A DNA stretch of 62,933 bases, filler included, from Octopus bimaculoides (lineage: Eukaryota): NCBI RefSeq assembly GCF_001194135.2. It is 8 parts of 8 records of this genome, joined end to end, with 100 filler letters (N's around TTAATTAATTAA, not from the genome) between each part and the next. Parts side by side here need not be neighbours in the genome. Positions count along the whole stretch, not along the records: positions 1 to 18,549 come from NC_068986.1; positions 18,650 to 25,295 come from NC_068991.1; positions 25,396 to 42,648 come from NC_068985.1; 5 more parts are not named here. One strand, 5' to 3'. A program made the translations under genes and the position numbers. Below are positions 10,736 through 25,457 of the stretch, piece by piece (the first letter of the stretch is position 1; the number at the start of each line of letters is the position of its first letter). The notes under the pieces are model-generated. The model did not search any database and was not told the DNA's origin. It saw only the letters and a program-made list of their open reading frames with translations.

Positions 10736-13700
10736 TGCGTACGTCCGTCTGTTCGAACGTACGCACGTATATATTCGAAAGAACAAACGCACGTAGGCAC
10801 GTACGTTCGTTTCTTCGAACGAACGCACGTATATACGCGAAAGAACGAACACACGTATGTACGTACGTTCGTTTGTTCTAACGTACGCACGTATATATGG
10901 GAAAGAACGAACGCACGTAGGTACGTACATAGCTTTGTTCGAACGTACGCACGTATATATGCGAAAGAACGAACGCACATAGGTACGTACGTTCGTTTGA
11001 TCGAACATACGCATGTATATATGCGGAAAGAACGAACGCACGTAGGTACGTACGTTCGTTTATTCGAAAGTACGCGCGTATATATGCGAAAGAACGAACG
11101 CCCGTAGGTACGTACGTTCGTTAGTTCCAACGTACGTACGCAAATATATATGCGAAAGAACGAACGCACGTAGGTACGTACGTTCGTTTGTTACAACGTA
11201 CGGACGTATATATGCGAAAGAACGAACGCACGTAGGTACGTACGTTCGTTTGTTCGAACGTGCGTATGCACGTATATATGCGAAAGAACGAACGCCCGTA
11301 GGTACGAAAGTTCATTTGTTCGAACGTACATGCGTATATATGCGAAAGAACGAACGCCCGTAGGTACGTACGTTCGTTAGTTCCAACGTACGTACGCAAG
11401 TATATATGCGGAAAAACGGACGCACGTAGGTACGGACTTTCGTTTGTTCGAATGTAAGCACGCACATATGCGAAAGAACGAACGCACGTATGTACGTACG
11501 TTCGTTTGTTCGAGCGTACGCACGTATATATGGGAAAGAACCAACGCACGTCGGTACGTACGTAGCTTTCTTCGAACGTACGCAAGTATATATGCGAAAG
11601 AACGAACGCACGTAGGTACGTACGTTCGTTTGTTCGAACGTACGCACGTATATATGCGAAAGAACGAACGCACGTAGGCATGTACGTTCGTTTCTTCGAA
11701 CGTACGCACGTATATATGCGAAAGAACGACCGCAATTAGGTACGAACTTTCGTTTGTTCGAATGTAAGGACGCATATATGCGAAAGAACGAACGCACGTA
11801 GGTACGTACGTTCGTTTATTCGAAAGTACGCACGTATATATGCGAAAGAACGAACGCAAGTAGGTACGTACGTTCGTTTGTTTGAGCGTGCGCATGCACG
11901 TATATATGCGAAAGAACGAACGCAAATGGGTACGTACGTTCGTTTGATCGAATGTACGCACGTATATATGCGAAAGAATGAACGCACGTAGGTGCATACG
12001 TTCGTTTGTTCGAACGTACGCAAGTAGGTACGTACGTTCGTTTGTTCGAATGTACGTACGCACGTATATATGCGAAAGAACGAACGCACGTAGGTACGGA
12101 CTTTCGTTTGTTCCAATGTAAGCACGCATATATGCGAAAGGACGAACGCACGTAGGTACGAAAGTTCATTTGTTCGAACGTATACGCGTATATATGCGAA
12201 AGAACGAACGCCCGTAGGTACGTACGATCGTTAGTTCCAACGTACGTACGCAAGTATATATGCGAAAGAACGAACGCACGTAGGCACGTGCGTTCGTTTG
12301 TTCGAACATACGCTCGTATATATGCGGAAAGAACGAACGCACGTATGTACGTACGTTCGTTTGTTAAAGCGTACGCACGTATATATGGGAAAGAACCAAC
12401 GTACGTCGGTACGTACGTAGCTTTCTTCGAACGTACGCACGTATATATGCGAAAGAACGAACGCACGTAGGTACGTACGTTCGTTTGTTCGAACGTACGC
12501 ACGTATATATGCGAAAGAACGAACGCACGTAGGCATGTACGTTCGTTTCTTCGAAAGTACGCACGTATATATGCGAAAGAACGACCGCAATTAGGTACGA
12601 ACTTCCGTTTGTTCGAATGTAAGCACGCATATATGCGAAAGAAAGAACGCACGTAGGTACGTACGGTCGTTTATTCGTAAGTACGCACGTATATATGCGA
12701 AAGAACGAACGCAAATGGGTACGTACGTTCGTTTGATCGAATGTACGCACGTATATATGCGAAAGAATGAACGCCCGTAGGTGCATACTTTCGTTTGTTC
12801 GAACGTACGCAAGTAAGTACGTACGTTCGTTTGTTCGAATGCACGTACGCACGTATATATGCGAGAGAACGAACGCACGTAGGTACGTACGTTCGTTTGT
12901 TACAACGTACGCACGTATGTATGCGAGAGAACGAACGCACGTAGGTACGGACTTTCGTTTGTTCGAATGTACGTACGCACGTATATATGCGAAAGAACGA
13001 ACGCAAGTAGGTACGTAAGTTCGTTTGTTCGAATGTAAGCACGCATATATGCGAAAGAACGAACGCACGTAGGTACGTATGTTCGTTTGTTACAACGTAC
13101 GCACGTATATATGCGAAAGAACGAACGCAAGTAGGTACGAAAGTTCATTTGTTCGATAGTATACGCGTATATATGCGAAAGAACGAACGCACGTAGGTAC
13201 GTACGTTCGTCTGTTTGAACGTACGCACGTATATATGCGAAAGAACGAACGCAAGTAGGTACGTACGTTCCTTTGTTCGAACGTGCGTATGCACGTATAT
13301 ATGCGAAAAAACGAATGTACGCACGTTCGTTTGTTACAACGTACGCACGTATGTATGCGAGAGAACGAACGCACGTAGGTACGGACTTTCGTTTGTTCGA
13401 ATGTACGTACGCACGTATATATGCGAAAGAACGAACGCAAGTAGGTACGTAAGTTCGTTTGATCGAATGTACGCACGTATATACGCGAAAGAACGAACGC
13501 ACGTAGGTACGCACGTTCGTTTGTTCGAACGTACGCACGTATATATGCGAAAGAACGTTCGCAAGTAGGTACGTACGTTTGTTTGTTCGAACGTACGCAC
13601 GTATATATGCGAAAGAACGTTCGCAAGTAGGTACGTACGTTCGTTTGTTGGAACGTACGCACGTATATATGCGAAAGAACGAACGCACGTAGGTACGCAC

Positions 13701-14053
13701 GTTCGTTTGTTCGAATGTACGTTCGCAAGTATACATGCGAAAGAACGAACGCATGTAGGTACGTACGTTCGTTTGTTCGTCTGTTCCAACGTACGCGCGT
13801 ATATATGCGAAAGAACGAACGCACGTAGGTACGTACGTTCGTCTGTTCCAACGTACGCACGAATGTATGCGAAAGAACGAACGCACGTAGGTACGTACGT
13901 TCGTTTGTTCGAACGAACGCACGTATATATGCGAAAGAACGAACGCACGTAGGTACGTACGTTCTTTTTGTTCGAACGTGCTTGCGCACGTAAATGTGCG
14001 AAGTAAAGAACGCACGTAGGTACGTACGTTCGTCTGTTCGAACGTATACACGT
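10736..14053. repeat. 62-bp CpG-rich satellite array (~53 monomers) with higher-order structure
   Basis: Consensus GCGAAAGAACGAACGCACGTAGGTACGTACGTTCGTTTGTTCGAACGTACGCACGTATATAT, with 66-bp variants. Diagnostic variants recur at ~855 bp. Confidence 0.97.
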
Positions 14054-14329
14054 ATTGTAACCTGTTATAATACTAATAGCAATAAGAAATTATATACACA
14101 TCACATGTTGTCTATTGTATTTTGTCTCTTATCAATAAATAAATGTTAGCACACGAAAGCTGACTTCAAAAGACTGAGCCTTACAGAGGAGATGACAAAG
14201 GACCAGGGTACCTGATGCCCTGCTGTACTCAAGAAGAGCTGTCCACCAAAGCAGAATTGAGACTGGTGCTGGTGCCAGATAAAAAGCACCCAGTACACTC
14301 TATGGAGTGGTTGGTGTTTTGCAATGTCT

Positions 14330-14680
14330 GTTAATTTGTTTGAGAAGTGAAATATACCAATTTTGTTTCCTCGGTGACAAAGTTAACATAAGTAGTTGCT
14401 CTGAGAATATAGCAACCAGAGTAAGAACAGGTTGGAGAAAGTTCCTAGTATTGGAGCATTGTTGGAAACAGGTATTTTTCCATGGTGTCAAGTGACATAG
14501 CGTTAACGAGCTGAGAGAAAATCTGGGCATCTGAGGAATCTGATGTGGCATTCAAGAAAGAAGACTGCAGTGGTATGAACATGTATATTGATGAGGTGAG
14601 CTGTATAAAGAAGAGCTGGTCACTAAATGTGGATGGATTTTGTGGGAGAGAGAAATCCAGTCACCATCATAAATGGACTT
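14330..14680 (+). mobile_element. Degenerate RTE-like LINE fragment (post-RT region)
   Basis: FCFLGDKVNISSCSENIATRVRTGWRKF resembles the RTE-type FxYLG...IxxRIxxGWxKF motif; interrupted by stops. Confidence 0.7.
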
Positions 14681-15569
14681 GTGTTGAGTCATAAAGTTTT
14701 ATCAAAATAACCTCAGGTTTAAGTGTGATCCATGACATCTACATGTCTCACTCAAGGAACATATCAAAGCTGCTTATGGAACTAAATGATAGTCAGCTTA
14801 AACACACCTTGGAACATGCAAACATGTGGAAAGCATATACCAATATTAACATATCTGATATATTAACATACAGTAATATACATAGCAATGATTTCACACT
14901 TTATTGTAACACTAGCATCCTTACATAGCCATGAAATATGGGAACTTTATACTCTTATGTAGACTGAGTAATCCTACTCGGAATTCCTTCACTCATAGTC
15001 AGAGTATATTGTATATCACCATCATGGATGTTTCTCAGACAAGAGGCAACTCCACTCAACCAAAAACGAGTACCATTACCCCTTTTGCTGCCACCTTCAC
15101 ACATTCTAAGTGGTTCACATTTAGTGTTTATGAGGAGCCAAAAATTACAGTCTCATACCTTGTAATGCTTATTTATAACCATCATGTGATGTCAACACAA
15201 GGGTACACACACACACACATATACAATGGTCTTCTTCCAGTTTCTTTCTGCCAAATCTCCTCACAAGGATTTATCCCTGTCTCCACTTTGCCATTCCTGG
15301 TATTGGAGCATTCTTCCAGTTTGTCTTTCTCTGGTGTCTCCTTATCTGCACAAGAACCTGCATCTGTATCATAGTATGGGTTTGCTTACTACATTGTTTG
15401 TACCTGGGTCTTTTATTTTTTTCTCATTTCGCATTGTCTTTAGTATTTCATGTAAGTTTATTTATGTGTTTTTTTTATCTTTCTCATTCTGTTTAGTCAT
15501 CAAGATGTGCAGTGTGATGGAGTGGGGGCGATGTTATTCCATTCATGTTTTCTACTGAGGCTCCGTCTA

Positions 15570-16235
15570 TCTACTACAGTATGTGTAGCCACCATAATCT
15601 GAGTGTCATGCCTGGTCTATGTATACATAATAGCTTAACATCTATGTTATTAACCAAGCCTTCCTATCATAATTGAGCATGTTGGCAGAGCACTGATGAG
15701 CTTTTCTTCTCCTTCACCTTCCACCAGTATACAGTCGTCATGTTTCTCTTCCATACTTCACTACACCTTATACTATACGCTACACCCCTAACTTTACACT
15801 TTATCTGTGGGTTCATCCTACACACTATACAGTTGCTCTCCTTACAGGCGGTTCATTCAAATGCATACGTTTCACAGATCTGGTATTTTATGGAGGTCTC
15901 TGGCCTTTCTACTTTTTCAAGCCAGAGATTCATTTTATCTAAGGTTTTCCGGAAAAACATGCTAGTTCACCTACAGGGATAGCATCAACAAACATAATAC
16001 TCTAGTATTTCTTATTATCATACCATGAGTTAGTTGGCCATATCTATCTTCATCCTTTCCATACTATTCCAGGATTTACTTGTCTATAAGGGGACACATC
16101 CCAATTTGCATCATTCTCTATGATGGACTTGTACTTGGCTCTGGCTCCTTTCTACACTTTGATCCTATCCCTTTGACACCAGCCAGAGAACTGCATGCAG
16201 TGGATGAAGTGTTCTATGTCTCCCTAATTCTGTTG
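15570..16235 (-). mobile_element. Degenerate Penelope-like element (RT C-terminal linker plus GIY-YIG tail)
   Basis: Frameshifted remnants read like DRIKVxKGARAKYKSIIEND, FVDAIPVG, KVERPETSIKYQIC and KEKKSSSVLCQHAQ. Homologous to the copy at 29560-29840. Confidence 0.65.
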
Positions 16236-16444
16236 TATTACTAGTAGTAGTAGTAACAACAGTTTTCTCACTCTAACCATATCACATGATACACGTGACT
16301 TAACAAGTAACATTAAAAAGAAAAATTTACTGCAATTTCCAAGAATACATTAAACATGTTATAAACATGTATAGTAATTTAATGACATTCATATACATAA
16401 ATTCTTTAATACAAATATCACAATAAGATGTTTTTATATCATGT

Positions 16445-17838
<1,394 letters not shown>

Positions 17839-18324
17839 TAAATTTTACAGTTTTATTCTTTCATTCTGAAGACATTAATTGGTTGATAAATCTTTATCCA
17901 AACACAGCAGACTTGCAGTATCCTCTGCAGAAAATTTTCTTTCAAATGGAAATACGTCCTGAAAGAAAAAGAAAATAAATATTAGATACCAACAACCAAA
18001 AAGTTGTGAAATGAGTGGCTGTTTGTGTGGTACGTAATTGACTATTCTCATCAATATTGCATAATCACAGATCAGTGAGTCACAACTTTTACCTACATTG
18101 TCTCTGCCCAGGATTAATAGAATATTCCCTAAGCCCTCATCATGATTATTTCACACATAAAGCACTGGAATTTGCTCATGGACTGCTGATCACATTTTAT
18201 AAAATAAGACTACCACGCACACAAAAAACAAAAAATAAATGTAATATCTTCTTAGTATATTGTGGTGTTTGGGCTGTGACGAGCTATGTGTTGTGGTGGA
18301 GAGGGGTGAGGCAAACAGAGGTGA

Positions 18325-18485
18325 AGCCAGACCGGAAGGGCCAAACCGGAAGGGTCAGATCGGAAGTCGGCGACACGTGGTCGAAGGCTAGCACGTGGGG
18401 CCAGTGAGAAAACAGCGACGTTACGAGAAAGACGTGTTCTGATTAGGAGCGATCGTGTACCCCGTTGCGGTCGGCAAGGTAAGGT
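18325..18485. promoter_or_regulatory. CpG-rich promoter-like region with ETS and E-box motifs
   Basis: CCGGAAG at 18332 and 18346, TCGGAAGT at 18360, CACGTG at 18374 and 18392, and a plus-strand donor AAG|gtaagg at 18478. Lies ~400 bp upstream of the ZNF acceptor. Confidence 0.6.
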
Positions 18486-18593
18486 CCAACGCTTCATTCT
18501 GTCCTTTTGCTTCTTGTTGTCTTCTTCCTCCATCGCACCACATATATAANNNNNNNNNNNNNNNNNNNNNNNNNNNNNNNNNNNNNNNNNNNN

Positions 18594-18605
18594 TTAATTA
18601 ATTAA
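18594..18605. other. Scaffolding gap marker TTAATTAATTAA between N-runs
   Basis: The identical 12-mer is embedded in N-runs at ~18594, 25340, 42693, 47175, 50312, 55311 and 61417. Confidence 0.9.
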
Positions 18606-18792
18606 NNNNNNNNNNNNNNNNNNNNNNNNNNNNNNNNNNNNNNNNNNNNTATACATATACATTTTAAGATCCACAAAGATCAGAACTTAACTGCAGCTCT
18701 TGGTGGGCCAAATCGGAAATACAGTCTGTGTAGGTATCTTTTCAGTACATTGTCTGGTTTAAAATGCTACATCACACGCCATTGCGGAATTA

Positions 18793-19100
18793 AGGTGCAT
18801 AGCTCGATGGTTATAGCGTCTGGCTAACAATCATGAGGTAGTGAGTTCGATTCTTTGGCCGGGAAGAGCGTTGCGCTCTTGAAGAAGACACTTTTTTTCA
18901 CCATGATCCAGTTCACTCAGCTGTAGAAATGAGTTATGGTATCACTGGTGCCAAGCTGTATCGGCCTTTGCCTTACCCTTGGGTAACATCGGTGGTGTGG
19001 AGAAGAGAGGCTGGTATGCATGGGTGACTGCTGGTCTTCCATAAGTAATCTTACCCGGACTTGTGCCTCGTGGGGTGGGGGACTTTCTAGGGGGGAACTT
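18793..19100 (+). mobile_element. tRNA-derived SINE with central core
   Basis: A-box-like TAGCTCGATGG and B-box-like GAGTTCGATTC followed by core CCAGTTCACTCAGCTGTAGAAATGAG. An inverted homolog lies at 35125-35352. Confidence 0.8.
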
Positions 19101-20102
19101 TTATGACTGAAGGTGGTCTTAACCTTATTTTTTTTCTTTTTTACAATGAATAATGTTCTAAACCGATTTACTTTCGAATTACTTTTCGTTCCTTTATTCC
19201 AACTGATCTTCCAACAAATACCCATATTCCCTTGAACTATTATGCGGCGCGCAGCGTCATATGCTAGCTTCCGCTACTGTTATCTACCAGATTGCGACGC
19301 GTACCTCGAAACCCTGCTCTTCACACGCACACGCTTCTACACTTCTAAGTCTTGCTGTACGGAACTGCCGCTTCGTGTAACTCTTCTTGAAGACGCTATA
19401 TCCTTCAGGCATCAACGAGGCAAGTGCTGATGTTGAACATTCATCTCAACCACATCACTAATTTAAGAAGGCAGGCTTGCAAATATGCTCTGAGCACTGC
19501 TCCTCCTTAGACTAAATTAAAAGTTGATTGATAACTGTGTACACATGTATACTTGCATGCATGTATGTTGGTATATATGTATGGGTGTTTATGTATGTAT
19601 GTGTGTTTGTTTGTGTGTTTATGTATGTATGTTCGCATGTCTGAATGGATGTGTGTATGTCTAAGTGTGCCTGTATGAATGTAAGTATGCTTGTATGTGG
19701 GTACATTGTAGTCATATGTGAATATATTTGTGTGAATGAACAAACAATATATATATATATGGTGTTGTATACGTATAAGTATGTGTGATGTAAGTTTGTA
19801 TTTGTGTGTATTTGCGTGTTTGCACGTGTGTACGTGTGTGTGTTTTGTGCGTGCGTGCATGTCTTGATGAAGCTGGAATCCTCACATAACATTACAAATA
19901 GTTTCACGTAAGCGATCTTCAGACGTAACGGGGTTTTTGAAGTCTCTTTTCGGCTTCACTATGTTTCAGTATTTAATTTGAGTTTGAGTGACATTTTCTC
20001 CACCTCGTATTTGCACTGATATTACATGATATATGTGTGTGTATGTGTGTGTTTTGGGGGCGTGGGCATACATTTTTTTTCACCCGAGGCACTGATATTT
20101 TA

Positions 20103-20268
20103 GGCGCATGAGTGGCTGTGTGGTAAGTAGCTTGCTTACCAACCACATGGTTCCGAGTTCAGTCCCACTGCGAGACACCTTGAGCAAGTATCTTCTACTA
20201 TAGCTTCGGGCCGACCAAAGCCTTGTGAGTAGATTTGGTAGACGGAAACTGAAAGAAGGCCGTCGTAT
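20103..20268 (+). mobile_element. SINE family A (tRNA-like head GAGTGGCTGTGTGGTAAG...GGTTCAGTCCCAC)
   Basis: Near-identical copies at 45071-45230 (+), 46932-47095 (+), 62408-62570 (-) and 26368-26510 (-). Confidence 0.9.
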
Positions 20269-20447
20269 ATATGTATTTGCATACATATAGATATGTGTGT
20301 GTGTATGTGTGTGTGTGTGTGCATGTGTATATATATATGCATGCATATATGAATTTATGTATGTATGTTGATATCCATAATTATAGAGGAAAGGAAATAT
20401 AACAACAGAGAAACGTGCAGTAGACGGACAGACAGACAGACAGACGC

Positions 20448-20484
<37 letters not shown>

Positions 20485-20607
20485 TAGATAAACAATGAGA
20501 TAAGGAAAAACAGCATAAGCACATCACAATATGCGGCATTCTTATTCGTACATCTGGCAACCCTGGTCACCTGCCGTGAAAAATATATATGATATATACA
20601 CATCTCT

Positions 20608-20648
<41 letters not shown>

Positions 20649-21150
20649 NNNNNNNNNNNNNNNNNNNNNNNNNNNNNNNNNNNNNNNNNNNNNNNNNNNN
20701 NNNNNNNNNNNNNNNNNNNNNNNNNNNNNNNNNNNNNNNNNNNNNNNNNNNNNNNNNNNNNNNNNNNNNNNNNNNNNNNNNNNNNNNNNNNNNNNNNNNN
20801 NNNNNNNNNNNNNNNNNNNNNNNNNNNNNNNNNNNNNNNNNNNNNNNNNNNNNNNNNNNNNNNNNNNNNNNNNNNNNNNNNNNNNNNNNNNNNNNNNNNN
20901 NNNNNNNNNNNNNNNNNNNNNNNNNNNNNNNNNNNNNNNNNNNNNNNNNNNNNNNNNNNNNNNNNNNNNNNNNNNNNNNNNNNNNNNNNNNNNNNNNNNN
21001 NNNNNNNNNNNNNNNNNNNNNNNNNNNNNNNNNNNNNNNNNNNNNNNNNNNNNNNNNNNNNNNNNNNNNNNNNNNNNNNNNNNNNNNNNNNNNNNNNNNN
21101 NNNNNNNNNNNNNNNNNNNNNNNNNNNNNNNNNNNNNNNNNNNNNNNNNN

Positions 21151-21212
<62 letters not shown>

Positions 21213-21976
21213 TGCATACGGAATATAAAGCAAACAAACAAACATGAGCATAAACCAACAATAACACCACCACCTCTACAGCACCACGAAAACCATCAAC
21301 ACCCCCACTACCACCACCACCACAACAACAACAACAACATCCAACAACAACAACAACCAACAACAACAACAGCAAAAGCAGAACAACATTCCCACCGCCA
21401 CCAACGACACAAGCCGTAAATTCATGGTTGTGCGTCATTCAAATGAAATATGTTATTGTTTCAATTTAGCAAACAATTATAATTCTTCCTAACAATTTAC
21501 TTTGATTGTCTCTCTCGACGATGCCTGAAGGATGTGATTAAATATTTTGGTATTTCTTGTCAGGAGGAATTAACTCCCGTTTTTATTTTTCACTTTCATT
21601 ATCAAAATCATTTCGTTTCTTCTGCGCGTCTTCCATTGTTCTTTTTCTCTTCATTTTATTTTTTGTATCGTATTTTCTGAGCTCTTCATTTTTATATCCG
21701 CTGTTTTAATTTTCGTTATTCTTTTACCCTGTGTTTCTATCTTTCATTGCTATTTTTTAAAAGATATATTTATTTATATCTGCTTTTTGTGCTATTTATT
21801 CAAACGTCGTTCGTTTTTCACTCGTTTTTCTTCCCCCAAGGATAGCCATCTTGGATGATTTTTATTCATATATTTATTCCTTTATTGCTGTTGTTTTTTT
21901 ATCATTTTATTACAGTTGGATGTATATGTGTATACATATGTGTGTGAATGTAAAGAATGATTGGGATTTATTCATA

Positions 21977-22037
<61 letters not shown>

Positions 22038-22342
22038 GTGTGTGTGTATGTACGTGTGTGTATGTATGTATGAGTATATACATACAAATATGTATGTATA
22101 TATATATGTATATACACATATACTATACACATGCATTATATAATGTATGCATGTATATTTATTTATATCAATCTACCTATCTATAGCTATATACATATTC
22201 TCACACGCACATTTATATATACATACACACACACATATATACACACATACATATATACAGTCATATATACACATATATATATATACATATATATGTGTAT
22301 ATATATTATATATGAATGTATATATATTTATACCGATCTACC

Positions 22343-22374
<32 letters not shown>

Positions 22375-22639
22375 NNNNNNNNNNNNNNNNNNNNNNNNNN
22401 NNNNNNNNNNNNNNNNNNNNNNNNNNNNNNNNNNNNNNNNNNNNNNNTGTGTGTGTGTGTGTGTGTGTACACATACATATATGTATGTATGTTTGTGAGC
22501 TTTTTTGTGTGCGTGTATACGTAATAAATGTTCCATATACTCTAATTTTATAACTTTTGCGTTTGTGTTGAGGTGTTTCTTTACGATAGCCCGTCCTTTG
22601 TGCTGTGCCTGGCTCGTTCGCATGGCACCATAGTCAGCA

Positions 22640-22866
22640 TCAGCATCATGATCGTCATCATCGTTATCGTCATCATCGCCACCACAACCATGACCACCAC
22701 CACTATCACTGTTGTTATGAAGAAACTAATCTACAATACCACAAGCACACAAGCACTATTATTATTGTCACTATCAACTTCACCATCACTATAATGATCT
22801 TTATTTTCATTATTGTTGTTGTTGTTGTTGTTATTATCCTCCTCCTCCTCCTCCTCCTCCTCCTCC

Positions 22867-22897
<31 letters not shown>

Positions 22898-23090
22898 TAT
22901 CGATGTAGTCGTCGTCATCATTATCATCGGTATTTTTCGTCATCATTGTTATCGTCATCTGCAAAGCCCATCACAAGCCCCCATCCAGCACACCCGATTT
23001 ATCACCAGCCATCACGATCATCATCACCACCACCACCACCACCACCAACACCAACACCACCACCAACACCACCACCACCATCATCATCAC

Positions 23091-23127
<37 letters not shown>

Positions 23128-23328
23128 GTCATCACCATCAGCGATCTCGTCGTCAAATTGCTCATAACATTGCCATCATCATTATTTTGTTTTCTCCTCA
23201 TTTTTCCCTCGTATTTCTTATTCTTGTTCTCCACTGTTTTACACTTATTACTATTCTCGTTATCACCACATTATCATCATCACCATCATCATCATCATCA
23301 TCATCATCATCATTATTATTATTATTAT

Positions 23329-23378
<50 letters not shown>

Positions 23379-23579
23379 TTATTATTACTAACATGGTGCG
23401 GATGCACGGGCTGATGGTGACGGCACAATAAATCTATGGCGTCACTAAATATTTACTAAAGTTATATTTATAAAAAGAACTCTACAGCCTCTGGTTATAT
23501 CTAACGTTGACTACTACCACAACTTCTGCCACAACTACTACTTTTAGGGTTGGTACTACTACTACTACTACTACTAGTG

Positions 23580-23629
<50 letters not shown>

Positions 23630-23630
23630 T
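22640..23630. repeat. Compound trinucleotide microsatellite mosaic
   Basis: Successive (CAT)n, (CAC)n, (GTT)n, (CCT)n, (TAT)n, (TAC)n and (TAG)n tracts. Confidence 0.95.
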
Positions 23631-23776
23631 TTTATATTGTCTTTGATCTTCCAATATATTTTCCCTTTGTATATATTTCTGTTTCTTCCCTTCAATTCTG
23701 TTTCCGCTTTCAATATTTTCTGTTTTTCCTATAGATTTGAATCTATTTCTCCGCCCACTCCCTCTTTCTCTTTCTT

Positions 23777-23810
<34 letters not shown>

Positions 23811-24117
23811 CCTCTCTCCCCTCTCTTCCTCTCTTACTCTCGGAAAGAGTCGTTCATTTATGTATGTAGCTATGTGCGTATACATGTATGTGTATGCATT
23901 TGTTCTTGCATCCACACATACATACACGGACATACAGATATTCACGCACGCACACACAAACAGACACACACATACACATATAGATATGTGTGTGTATGCG
24001 TGTAGATATACATGCATATATATACATATATATATATATATGAATACATATATATAAATACATATATATATATATACATATAAATATATATATATTTATA
24101 TACATATATACACATGT

Positions 24118-24192
<75 letters not shown>

Positions 24193-24422
24193 CACACACA
24201 TATATGTGAGGGGCTGCTGGAAAGTTCCTGGCTTTAAAGTTCCGTGAAAGGCATTGTTGGAGGCCCAACCTTCTTTTAAAGGGCTTAGAAAAACCGAAGG
24301 ACCGCTACCATAAGTGTGTGAATCTGAGAGAGGAATATGCTGGATAAAATCATAAGTAACTGATCCTCCTGTATTTTCTTTTACCCAAACCCAGGAACTT
24401 TTCAGCACGCCCTCTGGTATGC

Positions 24423-24503
<81 letters not shown>

Positions 24504-24811
24504 ACGCGCACACATAACACACGTAGTGATTCTCATTCTGTATGTTTTCTCTATTAGTCATCGTATTTCCATCTATTCATTTATCTATTAAATTGATTCT
24601 AGTTCTCTCAATTAGAACGCCTATTATTCAAATTAACATATAATATCTATCTTTATTCGTTTAATTAAATATCTTTTCGAACCATTACTCCCACATTTCA
24701 TACTATATTATTATTATCATGTTGCACTTGGCTTCATATCGGAATAAAGGGAAAATCACTTTCATGTGTAGAGAAACAATATTTATCCCAAATTGCTATA
24801 AATAATTTTGC

Positions 24812-25220
24812 TTTTAAATTTTGCCACAAAGCCAGCAATTTTGGAGGAGGGGGGTTAAAAGATTACATCGAACTAACCTCCAATTGGTGCTTATTCTATC
24901 GCCCTCGGAAGGATGAAAGGCAAAGTCTACCTCGATGGAATTTGAACTTAGAGCCGAATGACGGACGAAATGCCGTTAAGCATTTTGCCCGGAGAACTAA
25001 CGATTCAGCCATATAGCCGCCATAATATATCCATACATATTCTTTTCTACTCTAGGCACGAGGCCCGAAATTGTGGGGGAGGGGGTCCAGTCGATTAGAT
25101 CGCCTCAGTACGCAACTGGTACTTAATTTATCGACCCCGAAATGATGAAAGGCAAAGTCTGCCACGACAGAATTTGAACTCAGAGTCCGGCGTACTAACG
25201 AGTCTGCCAGCTCATCCCCT
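24812..25220 (+). mobile_element. Two tandem copies of dispersed repeat family B (GGCACAAGGCC...GGATGAAAGGCAAAGTC...GAATTTGAACTCAG)
   Basis: Same motif string at 26200-26370, 27015-27200 (-), 40000-40212, 43185-43392, 44703-45065, 46657-46830 and 50445-50600. Confidence 0.85.
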
Positions 25221-25395
25221 CATAGTCATAAATAATATTGCGTTGGCAACTAAGTTCACGCCGTTTATTTAAATTTTGAAATTTATTACGTTTTTNNNNN
25301 NNNNNNNNNNNNNNNNNNNNNNNNNNNNNNNNNNNNNNNTTAATTAATTAANNNNNNNNNNNNNNNNNNNNNNNNNNNNNNNNNNNNNNNNNNNN

Positions 25396-25457
<62 letters not shown>

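Noticed and set aside
10736-14053. CRISPR-like array, or long ORFs (up to 383 aa) in the satellite
   Set aside because: There are no unique spacers, only variant monomers, and the context is eukaryotic with no cas genes. The ORFs arise because the repeat lacks stop codons on one strand.
18550-18650. Recurrent TTAATTAATTAA motif
   Set aside because: Always embedded in N-runs, so it is a scaffolding marker rather than biology.
22605-23734. Poly-His/Ser/Leu/Tyr ORFs
   Set aside because: Translations of trinucleotide microsatellites, open in several frames on both strands.
25235-25295. NIALATKF resembling the end of PSMG4 exon 1
   Set aside because: No splice donor follows; GTTGGCAACTAAGTTC looks like a mariner-type terminal repeat beside a gap.
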